A DNA stretch of 24,266 bases from a virus (IMGVR_UViG_3300032216_001963:1-24266); one strand, 5' to 3'; shown: positions 1-9,336, counted from the first letter of the stretch. Program-made: numbers and translations. Notes: generated by a model not told the origin, from the letters alone.

Positions 1-1188
1 GCTGGTCGTCCAGTTAAAGAAGCTAAAAAAGTCAAAGAAGACGAAGTTGAAGAAGGTGGTGCTTTTGGTAACGCAGTTCGTAAAGCCAAAGCAGACGGTA
101 TCCAACCCGGCGAAAAGATCAAGGTAGGTGGAAAAACATATCCAGTTAAAGAAAACACCAGTGCTGATTTAATGAAGCGTTGGGCAGATATTTTTGAAAC
201 TGAGGACGATAAACTTGCCAACAAAGACTACGATGATGATGGCAAACTTGAAACTGGCAAAGAAGAACATGCTGGTTCAGTAGACAAAGCTATTAAAAAA
301 TCTCAAGGCAAAGATGATACAGAAACTGTCAAAGAAGAAACCGGCAAGTTTGACAAGAAGGATACTACTTGGACAGACAAGAGTGGTAACAAGCACCCTG
401 CTCAACGTGTCACACGCAAGACTGATGATCTAGCACAAGGTACTGAAGACGAGCGTCGTAAGGCAAAAACCATGCCTGGTAAAAAGGACAAAAAGCCCTT
501 GGGCGAGAGTATGGATGAGTGCATGGACGGTGGTGATGGTGGCATGGAAGACAACTTCAGTATCAACAGCAGCATGGACAGCAGCGGCCATAAGAGCGTG
601 AGCATCAGTGCTACTGGTAGTAAAGCCGACGAACTGACTGCAATACTTAAAAATGCCGGATTGGGTGTCATGGGTGGCGGTGACGAAGAACATGTAGAAA
701 TGGGTCATGACGACCATGGTGACATGGGCGGTGACGTTGAAGTAGTGTCAGTGCCATTGGCTCAGCATGATGGATATCAAGCACCTGATCATGAAGAAGA
801 AATGGATGAGGAAGCAGATGCTGGCGGATTTGATCGTGCCACTACAGCACCGCATGCTCAGACACAATCTGTTGGTTCACAAATGCACCAAGGCAACGAT
901 TTAAATCGTGAAAAAGACATGCACAAGCATAGCTATCGTCAAGGCGACAACCCCATGGCCATGGAACAAGTGCAAGCACTGGAAAGACTAGAGCGTGAGC
1001 TGATGGAAGAACTATCTGCTCTCAAAGTCGTGAGCGAAAAGTACATGGGATTTGGCAAAACAGTTGGCGCCTTAAAGAAACAAGGTGGTGTTAAAAATCC
1101 AGAAGCTCTAGCAGCATCAATTGGCCGTAAAAAGTATGGCAAGAAAAAATTCCAAAATGCAGCCGCCAAAGGTAAAAAGTTAGGGTAA
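1..1188 (+). CDS. Acidic/low-complexity phage protein, putative head-internal or scaffold-type protein (5' truncated by the window)
   Basis: Frame is open from base 1 (AGRPVKEAKK...) through the ORF-track ATG at 172, so the gene starts upstream. D/E/K-rich with many (V/L/I)xE sites and a basic C-terminal module (KNPEALAASIGRKKYGKKKF). Confidence 0.6.
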   Translation, partial: AGRPVKEAKKVKEDEVEEGGAFGNAVRKAKADGIQPGEKIKVGGKTYPVKENTSADLMKRWADIFETEDDKLANKDYDDDGKLETGKEEHAGSVDKAIKKSQGKDDTETVKEETGKFDKKDTTWTDKSGNKHPAQRVTRKTDDLAQGTEDERRKAKTMPGKKDKKPLGESMDECMDGGDGGMEDNFSINSSMDSSGHKSVSISATGSKADELTAILKNAGLGVMGGGDEEHVEMGHDDHGDMGGDVEVVSVPLAQHDGYQAPDHEEEMDEEADAGGFDRATTAPHAQTQSVGSQMHQGNDLNREKDMHKHSYRQGDNPMAMEQVQALERLERELMEELSALKVVSEKYMGFGKTVGALKKQGGVKNPEALAASIGRKKYGKKKFQNAAAKGKKLG

Positions 1189-1190
1189 TT

Positions 1191-2075
1191 ATGAAAAGTT
1201 TAAAAGACTATATTGCTGAAACCGAAACCCGTCAAGTAACCGAAGGCATACTTGACTGGGCCAAGAAGATCTTTACTCCTAAAGATCCTACACCACAGAC
1301 TCCTATTACTGCCGCTGATATTGATGCAGGTATGAAGGATCCTGAATTTGTTGCACAAATACAAAGTGCCGCGGCAGCGTTGGGCATGACTCCTGCTCAA
1401 CTAGTGGCACAGGTAAAACAACAACTCGGCCCAGCGCCAGCAGCAGCGCCAGCAGCCCCCGCAGCAGCATCACCGATAGCTGCGTACTCTCGAGCCTTAG
1501 CACCAGCTGCACCAGCTGCACCAGCCGCGCCTGCACCAGTCGCAGAAAGCATGGAAGCTGGTGGCACTTTTGAACATATCTGCAAAACATTCAAGCGTGA
1601 TGTTAAAGATTTTCAAACTACTGGCAACATGAGCGACCACTTGTATGATGCACTATATGACTACTACTTTGACGACATGCCATATGGCGTTAAGAAAGCT
1701 CGTGATGGTGATCCTTACGAGTGGATCGGTGACAGATTCCAAGAAGACCTAGAAGGTCACTTTGGAAGTGGCGTCGCTGAAATGGTACGGTTAGCCGGCT
1801 TGCCAACTGTGCAAGATGAAGGTATCGAAGACGAGCCAGCATTCTTGCGCAAAGGTAAAGCTGGTATAGGCAACTTCCCAGCACCTATTTTGCCACGCCC
1901 AGAAACCAAAATCAAACACTCACCAGTACGTCCAGAAAATATTCCAGCTGTGAAACGTGCAGGCCCAGTTAACCTAGACCAGGTGCGCGACAACAGTGAC
2001 AAAATGAGCGATTTAGCAACCCTACGCCGCATGGCCGGTTTGCCTGATCGTCCTGCACACGGATCTCCACTGTAA
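1191..2075 (+). CDS. Hypothetical protein, putative virion internal protein
   Basis: 294 aa. N-terminus MKSLKDYIAE resembles the T4 capsid-targeting sequence. Ala/Pro linker, a YFDDMPYGVKKARDGDPYEW module and two RxAGL motifs. Confidence 0.6.
   Translation: MKSLKDYIAETETRQVTEGILDWAKKIFTPKDPTPQTPITAADIDAGMKDPEFVAQIQSAAAALGMTPAQLVAQVKQQLGPAPAAAPAAPAAASPIAAYSRALAPAAPAAPAAPAPVAESMEAGGTFEHICKTFKRDVKDFQTTGNMSDHLYDALYDYYFDDMPYGVKKARDGDPYEWIGDRFQEDLEGHFGSGVAEMVRLAGLPTVQDEGIEDEPAFLRKGKAGIGNFPAPILPRPETKIKHSPVRPENIPAVKRAGPVNLDQVRDNSDKMSDLATLRRMAGLPDRPAHGSPL
1500..1539 (+). repeat. Imperfect 9-bp coding tandem repeat (gcaccagct)n encoding an (APA)n linker
   Basis: gcaccagctgcaccagctgcaccagccgcgcctgcacca lies inside the 1191-2075 ORF. 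Confidence 0.7.
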
Positions 2076-2464
2076 TGAAATCACGTGAGTTTATTACCGA
2101 ATTGAGCGTCAAGCCAGCTGGCAAGTTACATCCACATGTAGATGATGCGCATCAAGGTTCTATACTCATGCGTGATGTGGGTGGTTATGATCGCACATAT
2201 CATTTGAACCGTATCATGATGGCCGCAGCCATTGCCGATGGACAGAGCAAAAAACCAGTAGATATGGACGCCAGTAGCTTTATTGAAAAATACAACGTGG
2301 CTTTTCCCTACACTGACGAAGAACACCTGATGGTGTTCCAGGCTATGGCTACTATCCCCACTGACGGTGGTGAATTATCAAAACGTGCCAAGAGCAAAGA
2401 ACCCGACGATACCAACAAAACCAGTCCCTTGGTCAAGCGCCGGCGCAACCAATACGGAGTTTGA
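2075..2464 (+). CDS. Hypothetical protein, putative virion internal protein
   Basis: 129 aa, coupled to the upstream stop (TAATG). N-terminus MKSREFITE is CTS-like and the C-terminus is basic. Confidence 0.65.
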   Translation: MKSREFITELSVKPAGKLHPHVDDAHQGSILMRDVGGYDRTYHLNRIMMAAAIADGQSKKPVDMDASSFIEKYNVAFPYTDEEHLMVFQAMATIPTDGGELSKRAKSKEPDDTNKTSPLVKRRRNQYGV

Positions 2465-2465
2465 C

Positions 2466-2783
2466 ATGAAAATGATGCGGGTCACTGCGGCCATGTTCAA
2501 CGAACAAGAGCCAGAGATACCAGATGCAGTACTGAGCGAAAGCGACCCTATACAGAATCTCAAGCGCATGGCTGGTATGCCAACAGACAATCACAGCGCA
2601 GATGATTCGGGCAGAATGAGTCCAGTAGGTAACATTGCTGGTCCCAGCAACCAAGAGCGTCGCGAACTCGAAAGAGAATACAAAATAAAAACCGGAACCC
2701 CTGAATGGTTCCGGTTATGGTTTGCTAAACCAGACCTCACCGGCGAAGAGCCAGTGGATCCTAAGACTAAGCCCAGCCGTTGA
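2466..2783 (+). CDS. Hypothetical phage protein
   Basis: Start moved from 2367 to ATG 2466, which has GGAG at 2456-2459 and follows the previous stop directly. 105 aa with an LKRMAGM motif and IKTGTPEWFRLWF. Confidence 0.65.
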   Translation: MKMMRVTAAMFNEQEPEIPDAVLSESDPIQNLKRMAGMPTDNHSADDSGRMSPVGNIAGPSNQERRELEREYKIKTGTPEWFRLWFAKPDLTGEEPVDPKTKPSR

Positions 2784-3306
2784 CTGCGGCGTCACCAATG
2801 CCCAGGTACTTGTGCCACGTTGGGTGACCAATATGGAACGTGCTGTTACGCCACTGCCCAATTAGATTGTAGTAATCGGGCTTGAACGGTGCTCGCAAGG
2901 GTTTGAGCAACTTGCTGCCCTTGCGGTGGTTACAGGGCTTGCAAGCAGTTACACTATTTTCCCAAACAGTCTTACCACCACTGCTGCGTGGAATCACGTG
3001 GTCCAGGGTTAGGTCGCGTGGATCAAATGTTTCTGCACAGTATTGGCACTGGTACAAGTCGCGCAAGAACAAGTTCTGGCGGCTAAACTTTACTGACTTT
3101 TTGTAGTTAAAGTATTCCTTGGAAACACAAACACTGGGCATTTCAATCGTGAGGTGCTCGCTTCGTATTTGACGATCTGGGTAGGTTTCAATTACTGTAA
3201 CTCTATCCAAAAACATAAGTTTAACGGCATGCTGCCAACTAACTACGCTGAGTGGTAGGATTGAAATAGGATTGAAATCGCTGTTGAGTAAGAGTGTCTG
3301 TGACAT
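2767..3306 (-). CDS. HNH endonuclease (McrA/HNH_5-like)
   Basis: RDLYQCQYC...LTLDHVIPRSSGGKTVWENSVTACKPCN gives two CxxC zinc pairs plus the DH...N...N core. Likely start ATG 3306 (MSQTLLLN). Confidence 0.9.
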   Translation of the reverse strand: MSQTLLLNSDFNPISILPLSVVSWQHAVKLMFLDRVTVIETYPDRQIRSEHLTIEMPSVCVSKEYFNYKKSVKFSRQNLFLRDLYQCQYCAETFDPRDLTLDHVIPRSSGGKTVWENSVTACKPCNHRKGSKLLKPLRAPFKPDYYNLIGQWRNSTFHIGHPTWHKYLGIGDAAVNGWA

Positions 3307-3363
3307 AAGTATATTTAACAAAGAAATCAACCTAGATTTTAACATATTATAGAATAATTGTCA

Positions 3364-4929
3364 ATGGCTAAACCATTAGAAAACGTATTAGTTAAAAAGC
3401 CCAACAGGGTAGAAACTTGGAGCGAGCAACAGATTCGGGAGATCATGCTGTGTGCCGATCCCGAAACTGGGCCACAATATTTTCTTGAAAACTTCTTCTA
3501 CATCCAACATCCCACCCGCGGCGGCATCAGATATGTGCCCTATGAGTATCAGAAGCGTCTAGTAGACTCTTACCATAGTTACAGATACAGCATCAATTTG
3601 ATGCCGCGCCAGACTGGTAAATCCACCACAGCAGCTGGCTACCTGTTGTGGTACGCCATGTTTGTGCCTGACAGTACTATTCTAGTAGCAGCACACAAGT
3701 ACACAGGCTCGCAGGAAATCATGCAGCGTATTCGTTACGCATACGAATCGGTACCGGATCATATACGTGCAGGTGCAGTAGACTACAACAAAGGTAGTCT
3801 AGTGTTTGATAATGGTAGTCGTATTGTCAGTGCCACCACTACAGAAAATACCGGGCGTGGTATGAGTATTTCGCTCTTGTACATGGACGAGTTTGCCTTC
3901 GTGCGTCCCACTATTGCTAAAGAATTCTGGACCAGTATTAGTCCCACCCTGGCCACTGGTGGTAAGTGTATTATTACCAGTACCCCCAATAGTGACGAAG
4001 ACCAATTTGCTGAGATTTGGCACAAGGCCAACAAGTGCGTGGATGCGCATGGCAACCCTACCGAATTGGGACAAAATGGTTTCAAAGCATTCCGCAGCTA
4101 TTGGGAAGAACATCCAGACCGTGATGAGACTTGGGAATCAGAACAGCGCAGCCAACTAGGCGAAGAACGCTTTGAGCGTGAGATGAACTGTAAGTTCTTG
4201 ATCTTTGATGAGACCTTGATCAATTCATTCTGCTTGTCTGCACTGGAAGGTGTTGACCCCTTATACAAGCAAGGGCAGGTGCGCTGGTATCAAAAGCCCC
4301 GACCCGGGCATCAGTATCTTATTGGCCTAGATCCCAGCTTGGGCACAGGTGGTGATCCGGCTGCTATACAGGTATTGGAGTTGCCCGGCTGCATACAAGT
4401 AGCCGAGTGGCAGCATAACAAGACCAAAATACAACAGCAGGTGTCTATCCTTAAAGAAATATGTCAGTTCATATATGATGAGATACGAACTGAAACAGAC
4501 ATCTATTACAGTGTAGAAAACAATACACTGGGCGAAGCTGCCCTGATTAGCATCAGCGAAATAGGTGAGGAAAACATACGTGGCACTTTCATGAGCGAGC
4601 CAATTCGTGCAGGTCATAGTCGTGCATATCGTAAAGGATTTACCACCACCAACAAGACCAAACTGGCAGTTTGTGCCAAGTTTAAAAACATGCTGGAAAC
4701 TAAAAAGTTGACTATTAACAGTAGTAATCTCATTAGCGAGCTTAAGACATTCGTGGCCGCAGGCTCTGGTTATGCTGCCAAAATAGGCGAAACTGACGAC
4801 TTAGTCATGTCTTTACTGCTGACTATGCGCATGATTTCGGTCCTGCAGAACTATGATCCCAAATTGGATGCTAGACTACGTGAAACTGGCGAAGACATGA
4901 TCATGCCCATGCCATTTGTTATGATTTAA
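3364..4929 (+). CDS. terL: Terminase large subunit (T4 gp17-like)
   Basis: YQK Q-motif, Walker A MPRQTGKST, Walker B LLYMDEFAF, ITSTPN coupling motif, and RNase H-like nuclease acidic motifs IGLDPS and DDLVMS. ATG at 3364 preferred over TTG at 3358. Confidence 0.95.
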   Translation: MAKPLENVLVKKPNRVETWSEQQIREIMLCADPETGPQYFLENFFYIQHPTRGGIRYVPYEYQKRLVDSYHSYRYSINLMPRQTGKSTTAAGYLLWYAMFVPDSTILVAAHKYTGSQEIMQRIRYAYESVPDHIRAGAVDYNKGSLVFDNGSRIVSATTTENTGRGMSISLLYMDEFAFVRPTIAKEFWTSISPTLATGGKCIITSTPNSDEDQFAEIWHKANKCVDAHGNPTELGQNGFKAFRSYWEEHPDRDETWESEQRSQLGEERFEREMNCKFLIFDETLINSFCLSALEGVDPLYKQGQVRWYQKPRPGHQYLIGLDPSLGTGGDPAAIQVLELPGCIQVAEWQHNKTKIQQQVSILKEICQFIYDEIRTETDIYYSVENNTLGEAALISISEIGEENIRGTFMSEPIRAGHSRAYRKGFTTTNKTKLAVCAKFKNMLETKKLTINSSNLISELKTFVAAGSGYAAKIGETDDLVMSLLLTMRMISVLQNYDPKLDARLRETGEDMIMPMPFVMI

Positions 4930-4930
4930 G

Positions 4931-4937
4931 ATAAATA
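4931..4937 (+). promoter_or_regulatory. T4-late-like promoter core ATAAATA
   Basis: gATAAATA in the short intergenic gap, 5 nt before ATG 4943. The motif recurs before several genes. Confidence 0.6.
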
Positions 4938-4942
4938 TTCTT

Positions 4943-6415
4943 ATGCGCGAAATAAACAAAATATCCCAAGACCTCTTTGACCTAATACGTTCACGATTTG
5001 AACATGTCAGTATCGGTAAAGATTCCGGTGAGAGTACCGACAATCCTGAAGACGCGAGATTCTTTAATTTTGATTATGTGACCAAGGGTGGGACAAATTA
5101 TGGTAATATCACCATGACCCTGGTTGATGATACTGCGCTCAAGGTCATGTTTACTAAAAAAATTGCCGATGATCTTGAACCAGAACAAAAGCAAGAGTGG
5201 TACGGATTCCTAAAAAATCTAAGAGGATTTGCCAAACGTAACATGTTACAGTTTGATGTTAGGGATCTCACTAAGAACAACTTGACAGTTAGAGATTTAA
5301 AACACGTGAGCAAGGTCAGTGGTGCATTGGACGCAGATGACTTAACCGAAAGCCGCATGTTTGGTAACACTCGTACCAGCTACCAGGACATTGGCGCAGT
5401 TAAATTGTTAGTGCGCCATACCGGACACATCAATCTCGAAGAACACGGCGCCCGCACTAGAAACATAGAAAGCATCTTTGTTGAAACTCAGCTTGGTGAA
5501 AGGTTCTTATTGCCTTTCAAACGCCTACCTGAAGCTAGAGCCATGGCACGTCATATCTCCAATGGCGGTATCATTCAAGACGAAATTGGGCAGCACATTG
5601 TTGAATGTGTAAATGAAATGAGCAGCATGCGTGTGTTTGTACGCAACATGAAACATAGAGTATTTGAAGATGCAGAAACCAGCGACATGGTAGAAGCAGC
5701 GATAGAGCGCTACACTGAACTGCGTACCAACTTGGTACACATGAGCGGACAGCGTGGTTACCAGCAGGTACAAGAAACCATAAAAACACAAACTCAATCC
5801 ATCATGGAAGATGAGTTTGACCTGGACCAACTCAAAGAGCGCTTTGTTAAACGGGTATTTGACGATCGCCTAAGCGAAGCACTACCGCATGTGTATCGCG
5901 CCTACCGCAATCGCCAACGTGCCATGGAGAATGCCTATGTTGCTGAGTTTGATAATTGGGCCAATGAGATAACAGAGGGCAATTGGCAGTTGCCTGATGA
6001 GGATATCGATCAAGAAGACTTAGCCGAAATAATGGGTAAACCACTAGCGGCTGGTATAAATGGATCAGATGCTATTGGGGCACTAGGTGACATTATTGGT
6101 TCAGACAGCCTAAGTGATGACCTATATGACTTTGCCCAAGAACAAGGTGCTGATGCAGATGCTCGAATTGTAGTAATTGGTTGGCTACGTGACAATCACT
6201 ACGAGGACTTGGCAGATGAATTTGCAGCCCAAATTCAACCACCTGCTGATCCCATGCAGCCCAATCCAAATCAATTGACTCCACAGGCCAACCAACCTGG
6301 TCCTCAGAGTCCACAGCAGGCTGCTGATGAAAAGGTGCCAACCGTGACACCACCCATGCCAAACGAGAGCATAGACCATTTACGCCGCCTAGCAGGTTTG
6401 GCGAAAAAAGTTTAA
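4943..6415 (+). CDS. Hypothetical protein (acidic, possibly virion-associated)
   Basis: 490 aa ORF behind a late-type promoter, with a P/Q-rich tail ending in LRRLAGL. No catalytic motif recognised. Confidence 0.7.
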   Translation: MREINKISQDLFDLIRSRFEHVSIGKDSGESTDNPEDARFFNFDYVTKGGTNYGNITMTLVDDTALKVMFTKKIADDLEPEQKQEWYGFLKNLRGFAKRNMLQFDVRDLTKNNLTVRDLKHVSKVSGALDADDLTESRMFGNTRTSYQDIGAVKLLVRHTGHINLEEHGARTRNIESIFVETQLGERFLLPFKRLPEARAMARHISNGGIIQDEIGQHIVECVNEMSSMRVFVRNMKHRVFEDAETSDMVEAAIERYTELRTNLVHMSGQRGYQQVQETIKTQTQSIMEDEFDLDQLKERFVKRVFDDRLSEALPHVYRAYRNRQRAMENAYVAEFDNWANEITEGNWQLPDEDIDQEDLAEIMGKPLAAGINGSDAIGALGDIIGSDSLSDDLYDFAQEQGADADARIVVIGWLRDNHYEDLADEFAAQIQPPADPMQPNPNQLTPQANQPGPQSPQQAADEKVPTVTPPMPNESIDHLRRLAGLAKKV

Positions 6416-6422
6416 ATTTCGC

Positions 6423-6471
6423 TTGCGATCATAAATACTTTTGTTATATACTAGCGCGGTGCTAGTATGTA
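6423..6471 (+). promoter_or_regulatory. gp32 upstream region: possible sigma70 promoter (TTGCGA-18-TATACT), nested ATAAATA and an inverted repeat
   Basis: TTGCGA 6423-6428, ATAAATA 6431-6437, TATACT 6447-6452, hairpin tatatactagc-gcggt-gctagtatgta 6445-6471. Confidence 0.5.
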
Positions 6472-6513
6472 TCTAGGCACATAAAGACCATCTTAATTTA
6501 TAAAGGAAACATC

Positions 6514-7509
6514 ATGGCAACATCTTTAGCAGAAATTCGAGCAAGACTTCAAGCAAACGAAGGCCGTACAGGCAAAACCCAGAACAGTGGTAGTGACAAT
6601 GCGATCTACGCACACTGGAACATCCCAGAAAATGCAAGTGCTAAGGTAAGATTCTTACCCGACGCAGACTCTAAGAACACATTCTTCTGGATTGAACGTG
6701 CAATGATCAAATTGCCGTTTGCCGGCATCAAAGGACAATCAGACAGCAAACCCGTTACTATCCAGGTTCCCTGTGTAGAAATGTGGGGCGAGGCTTGCCC
6801 GATCCTAGCAGAAGTTCGCGGATGGTTCAAGGATCCATCACTAGAAGATATGGGTCGTAAATATTGGAAGAAGAAAAGCTACTTGTTCCAAGGCTTTGTA
6901 CGTGAGAACGCACTCAGCGACGACGCTACTCCAGAAAACCCAATCCGTCGTTTTGTGATCAGTCCACAAATCTTCAACATCATCAAGAGCGCACTCATGG
7001 ACGCTGAGATGGAAGAAATGCCCACTGACTACACACGTGGCTTGGACTTTACTATCAGCAAGACCAGCAAAGGTGGCTACGCTGACTACAACACCAGCAA
7101 GTGGGCACGTAAAGAAACTGCTCTAACAGCAACCGAACACGAAGCTATCGACAAGTTTGGACTCTACAACCTGGCAGACTTCTTGCCTAAGAAGCCTAAC
7201 GAAACCGAACTCAAGGTAATCAAGGAAATGTTCGAAGCCAGTGTTAACGGAGAGCCCTATGACGCAGAGCGTTGGGCTGCTTACTACAAGCCATATGGCT
7301 TGAAGACCGAAGGCGCTGCTCCAGCAGCAGCCGCAGCACATGGCGTGACCGAAGACGACATTCCTGCATTTACTCGTGCTGCTGCACCAGTAGTAGAGGA
7401 TGACGAAGATGATGCTCCTGTAGCATCTGCACCAGTGGCAGCACCTGCCGCAGGTGGTAACAAAAAGGCCGAAGACATTTTGGCCATGATCCGTAGTCGT
7501 CAGAAGTAA
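6514..7509 (+). CDS. Single-stranded DNA-binding protein (T4 gp32-like)
   Basis: KVRFLP, C..W...CPI, GLDFTISK..GGYADYNTSKW and an acidic/Ala-rich tail. AAGGA RBS. Lies directly upstream of uvsX. Confidence 0.85.
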   Translation: MATSLAEIRARLQANEGRTGKTQNSGSDNAIYAHWNIPENASAKVRFLPDADSKNTFFWIERAMIKLPFAGIKGQSDSKPVTIQVPCVEMWGEACPILAEVRGWFKDPSLEDMGRKYWKKKSYLFQGFVRENALSDDATPENPIRRFVISPQIFNIIKSALMDAEMEEMPTDYTRGLDFTISKTSKGGYADYNTSKWARKETALTATEHEAIDKFGLYNLADFLPKKPNETELKVIKEMFEASVNGEPYDAERWAAYYKPYGLKTEGAAPAAAAAHGVTEDDIPAFTRAAAPVVEDDEDDAPVASAPVAAPAAGGNKKAEDILAMIRSRQK

Positions 7510-7573
7510 AACAAGGCCAGGGCCTCTGCGGGTTGATCTCCGTACGCCCTGGTTATCTATTAGGAGTATAGTC

Positions 7574-8641
7574 ATGGCAAAACCATTTGACGTTTCAAAG
7601 TTTAGAAAAACAATCACCAAGGCCATCGATGGTATCGGCTTTGGATTCAATGATCCCACAGATTGGATCAGCACAAACAATTACGCATTGAACTACTTGA
7701 TCTCAGGTGAGTTCAACAAAGGAATTCCACTAGGCAAAGTAACAGTATTTGCTGGTGAATCGGGAGCAGGCAAGAGTTTTATCTGCTCGGGTAATCTTGT
7801 CAAGAACGCACAAGCACAAGGCATCTATGTGATCTTGATTGACACAGAAAATGCACTAGATGAAAAGTGGCTACATGCCTTGGGCGTGGACACTAGCGAA
7901 GACAAACTGCTCAAGTTGAACATGGCCATGATCGATGATGTGGCCAAAATGATCAGTGAGTTTGTCAAAGAATACAAGTCAATTGCAGAAGATCAGCGCC
8001 CCAAGGTCTTGTTTGTACTAGACAGTCTTGGTATGATGTTAACACCCACAGACGTTAACCAGTTTGAAGCCGGAGATATGAAAGGTGACATGGGTCGTAA
8101 GCCCAAGGCACTCACAGCACTGGTTCGTAACTGCGTGAACATGTTTGGTAACTTGAACTTGGGTCTAGTGTGTACCAATCACACATACGCAAGTCAAGAC
8201 ATGTTTGATCCCGATGACAAGATCTCAGGTGGACAAGGCTTCATCTATGCATCAAGTATTGTTGTTGCCATGCGCAAATTGAAATTGAAAGAAGATGAGG
8301 ACGGCAACAAGATCTCTGAAGTCAAAGGTATCCGTGCAGCATGTAAGATCATGAAAACACGCTATGCCAAGCCCTTTGAATCGGTACAGGTCAAGATCCC
8401 TTATGAGACAGGTATGAATCCCTATTCAGGATTGACTGACTTGATTGAAGGTCGCAATCTTTTAAAGAAGGAAGGCAATAGTTTGGTATATACTACTGCT
8501 GATGGCGAAATCATCAAGAAATTCCGCAAAGCGTGGGAACGTAATGATGATGGTTGCTTGGATCGGGTCATGGCTGACATTGAAGCCAATCCTGGGCAAG
8601 CACAATCTGCATCGGTTACTATTGAAGAAACGGAAGAATAA
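7574..8641 (+). CDS. uvsX: RecA-like recombinase (UvsX)
   Basis: Walker A GESGAGKS, IDTENAL, Walker B FVLDSLG, TNHTY, SGGQGFIYASS, KTRY. AGGAG RBS. Confidence 0.93.
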   Translation: MAKPFDVSKFRKTITKAIDGIGFGFNDPTDWISTNNYALNYLISGEFNKGIPLGKVTVFAGESGAGKSFICSGNLVKNAQAQGIYVILIDTENALDEKWLHALGVDTSEDKLLKLNMAMIDDVAKMISEFVKEYKSIAEDQRPKVLFVLDSLGMMLTPTDVNQFEAGDMKGDMGRKPKALTALVRNCVNMFGNLNLGLVCTNHTYASQDMFDPDDKISGGQGFIYASSIVVAMRKLKLKEDEDGNKISEVKGIRAACKIMKTRYAKPFESVQVKIPYETGMNPYSGLTDLIEGRNLLKKEGNSLVYTTADGEIIKKFRKAWERNDDGCLDRVMADIEANPGQAQSASVTIEETEE

Positions 8642-8871
8642 TGAGCTTAGAAGTTGATGCCCTGATTGAGACCTACACAGTTCTCAAAGAATATGTGCCT
8701 GCTAAAGAACGCCAGGCGGCTGCCGATGCACTAATGAGCATCATGGTGGACCTACTAAATGACATTGATTTGAAAGAATTGATATCTGTAGATTCGTACC
8801 TGCGACGCAGTTATGAAGAATATGCAGGTGACGCTGACACAGACGAAGAATACACTGACTACGAAGACTAA
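8641..8871 (+). CDS. Small acidic hypothetical protein
   Basis: 76 aa, coupled to uvsX (TAATG), between uvsX and uvsY. Confidence 0.7.
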   Translation: MSLEVDALIETYTVLKEYVPAKERQAAADALMSIMVDLLNDIDLKELISVDSYLRRSYEEYAGDADTDEEYTDYED

Positions 8872-8873
8872 TC

Positions 8874-9329
8874 ATGTGGTATAACCGTGTGGTAGGCGAT
8901 ATTGGCCAACTAGCGCCTTTCATTACCTACTATGAATCTGAGCTAGAAGCTGCCAAGCGCGAAGTACATATTTTTGGTGTGGTGGAAAAGAACATTTCTA
9001 ATCTACCGGGCACAACTGAACAGCGGTTCAACCAGCTGCAAGAAATTGAAGCTGTGTTGAACTTCTTGAACATACAGTTAAAGAAGATACGTCGCCGACA
9101 TTTTCAAAAGTATCTGGAAGGATATCAACGTGCCTTGACCAGTAGAGATGCTGAAAAGTACGTGGATGGCGAGGACGAAGTGATTGATTATGAGACCATT
9201 ATTAATGAGGTTGCCCTGCTGCGCAATCGCTGGTTGGGCATCATGAAAGGGCTCGAAAGCAAGAATTTCATGCTGGGACACGTGGTTCGCTTACGTGCAG
9301 CAGGCATGGAAGACATCACAATCAACTAG
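8874..9329 (+). CDS. uvsY: Recombination mediator UvsY-like protein
   Basis: 151 aa helical protein with DAEKYVDGEDEV and IMKGLESKNFML motifs typical of UvsY-like proteins, in synteny with gp32 and uvsX. Confidence 0.7.
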   Translation: MWYNRVVGDIGQLAPFITYYESELEAAKREVHIFGVVEKNISNLPGTTEQRFNQLQEIEAVLNFLNIQLKKIRRRHFQKYLEGYQRALTSRDAEKYVDGEDEVIDYETIINEVALLRNRWLGIMKGLESKNFMLGHVVRLRAAGMEDITIN

Positions 9330-9336
9330 ATTCTGG

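Noticed and set aside
1430-1540. CRISPR array or regulatory repeat
   Set aside because: The repeats are short, spacer-less and in frame, encoding an Ala/Pro linker. No CRISPR-like repeat-spacer pattern was seen anywhere in the window.
3364-8641. Intron or intein in terL or uvsX
   Set aside because: Both ORFs are uninterrupted, of normal length, and show no intein-like insertion between conserved motifs.
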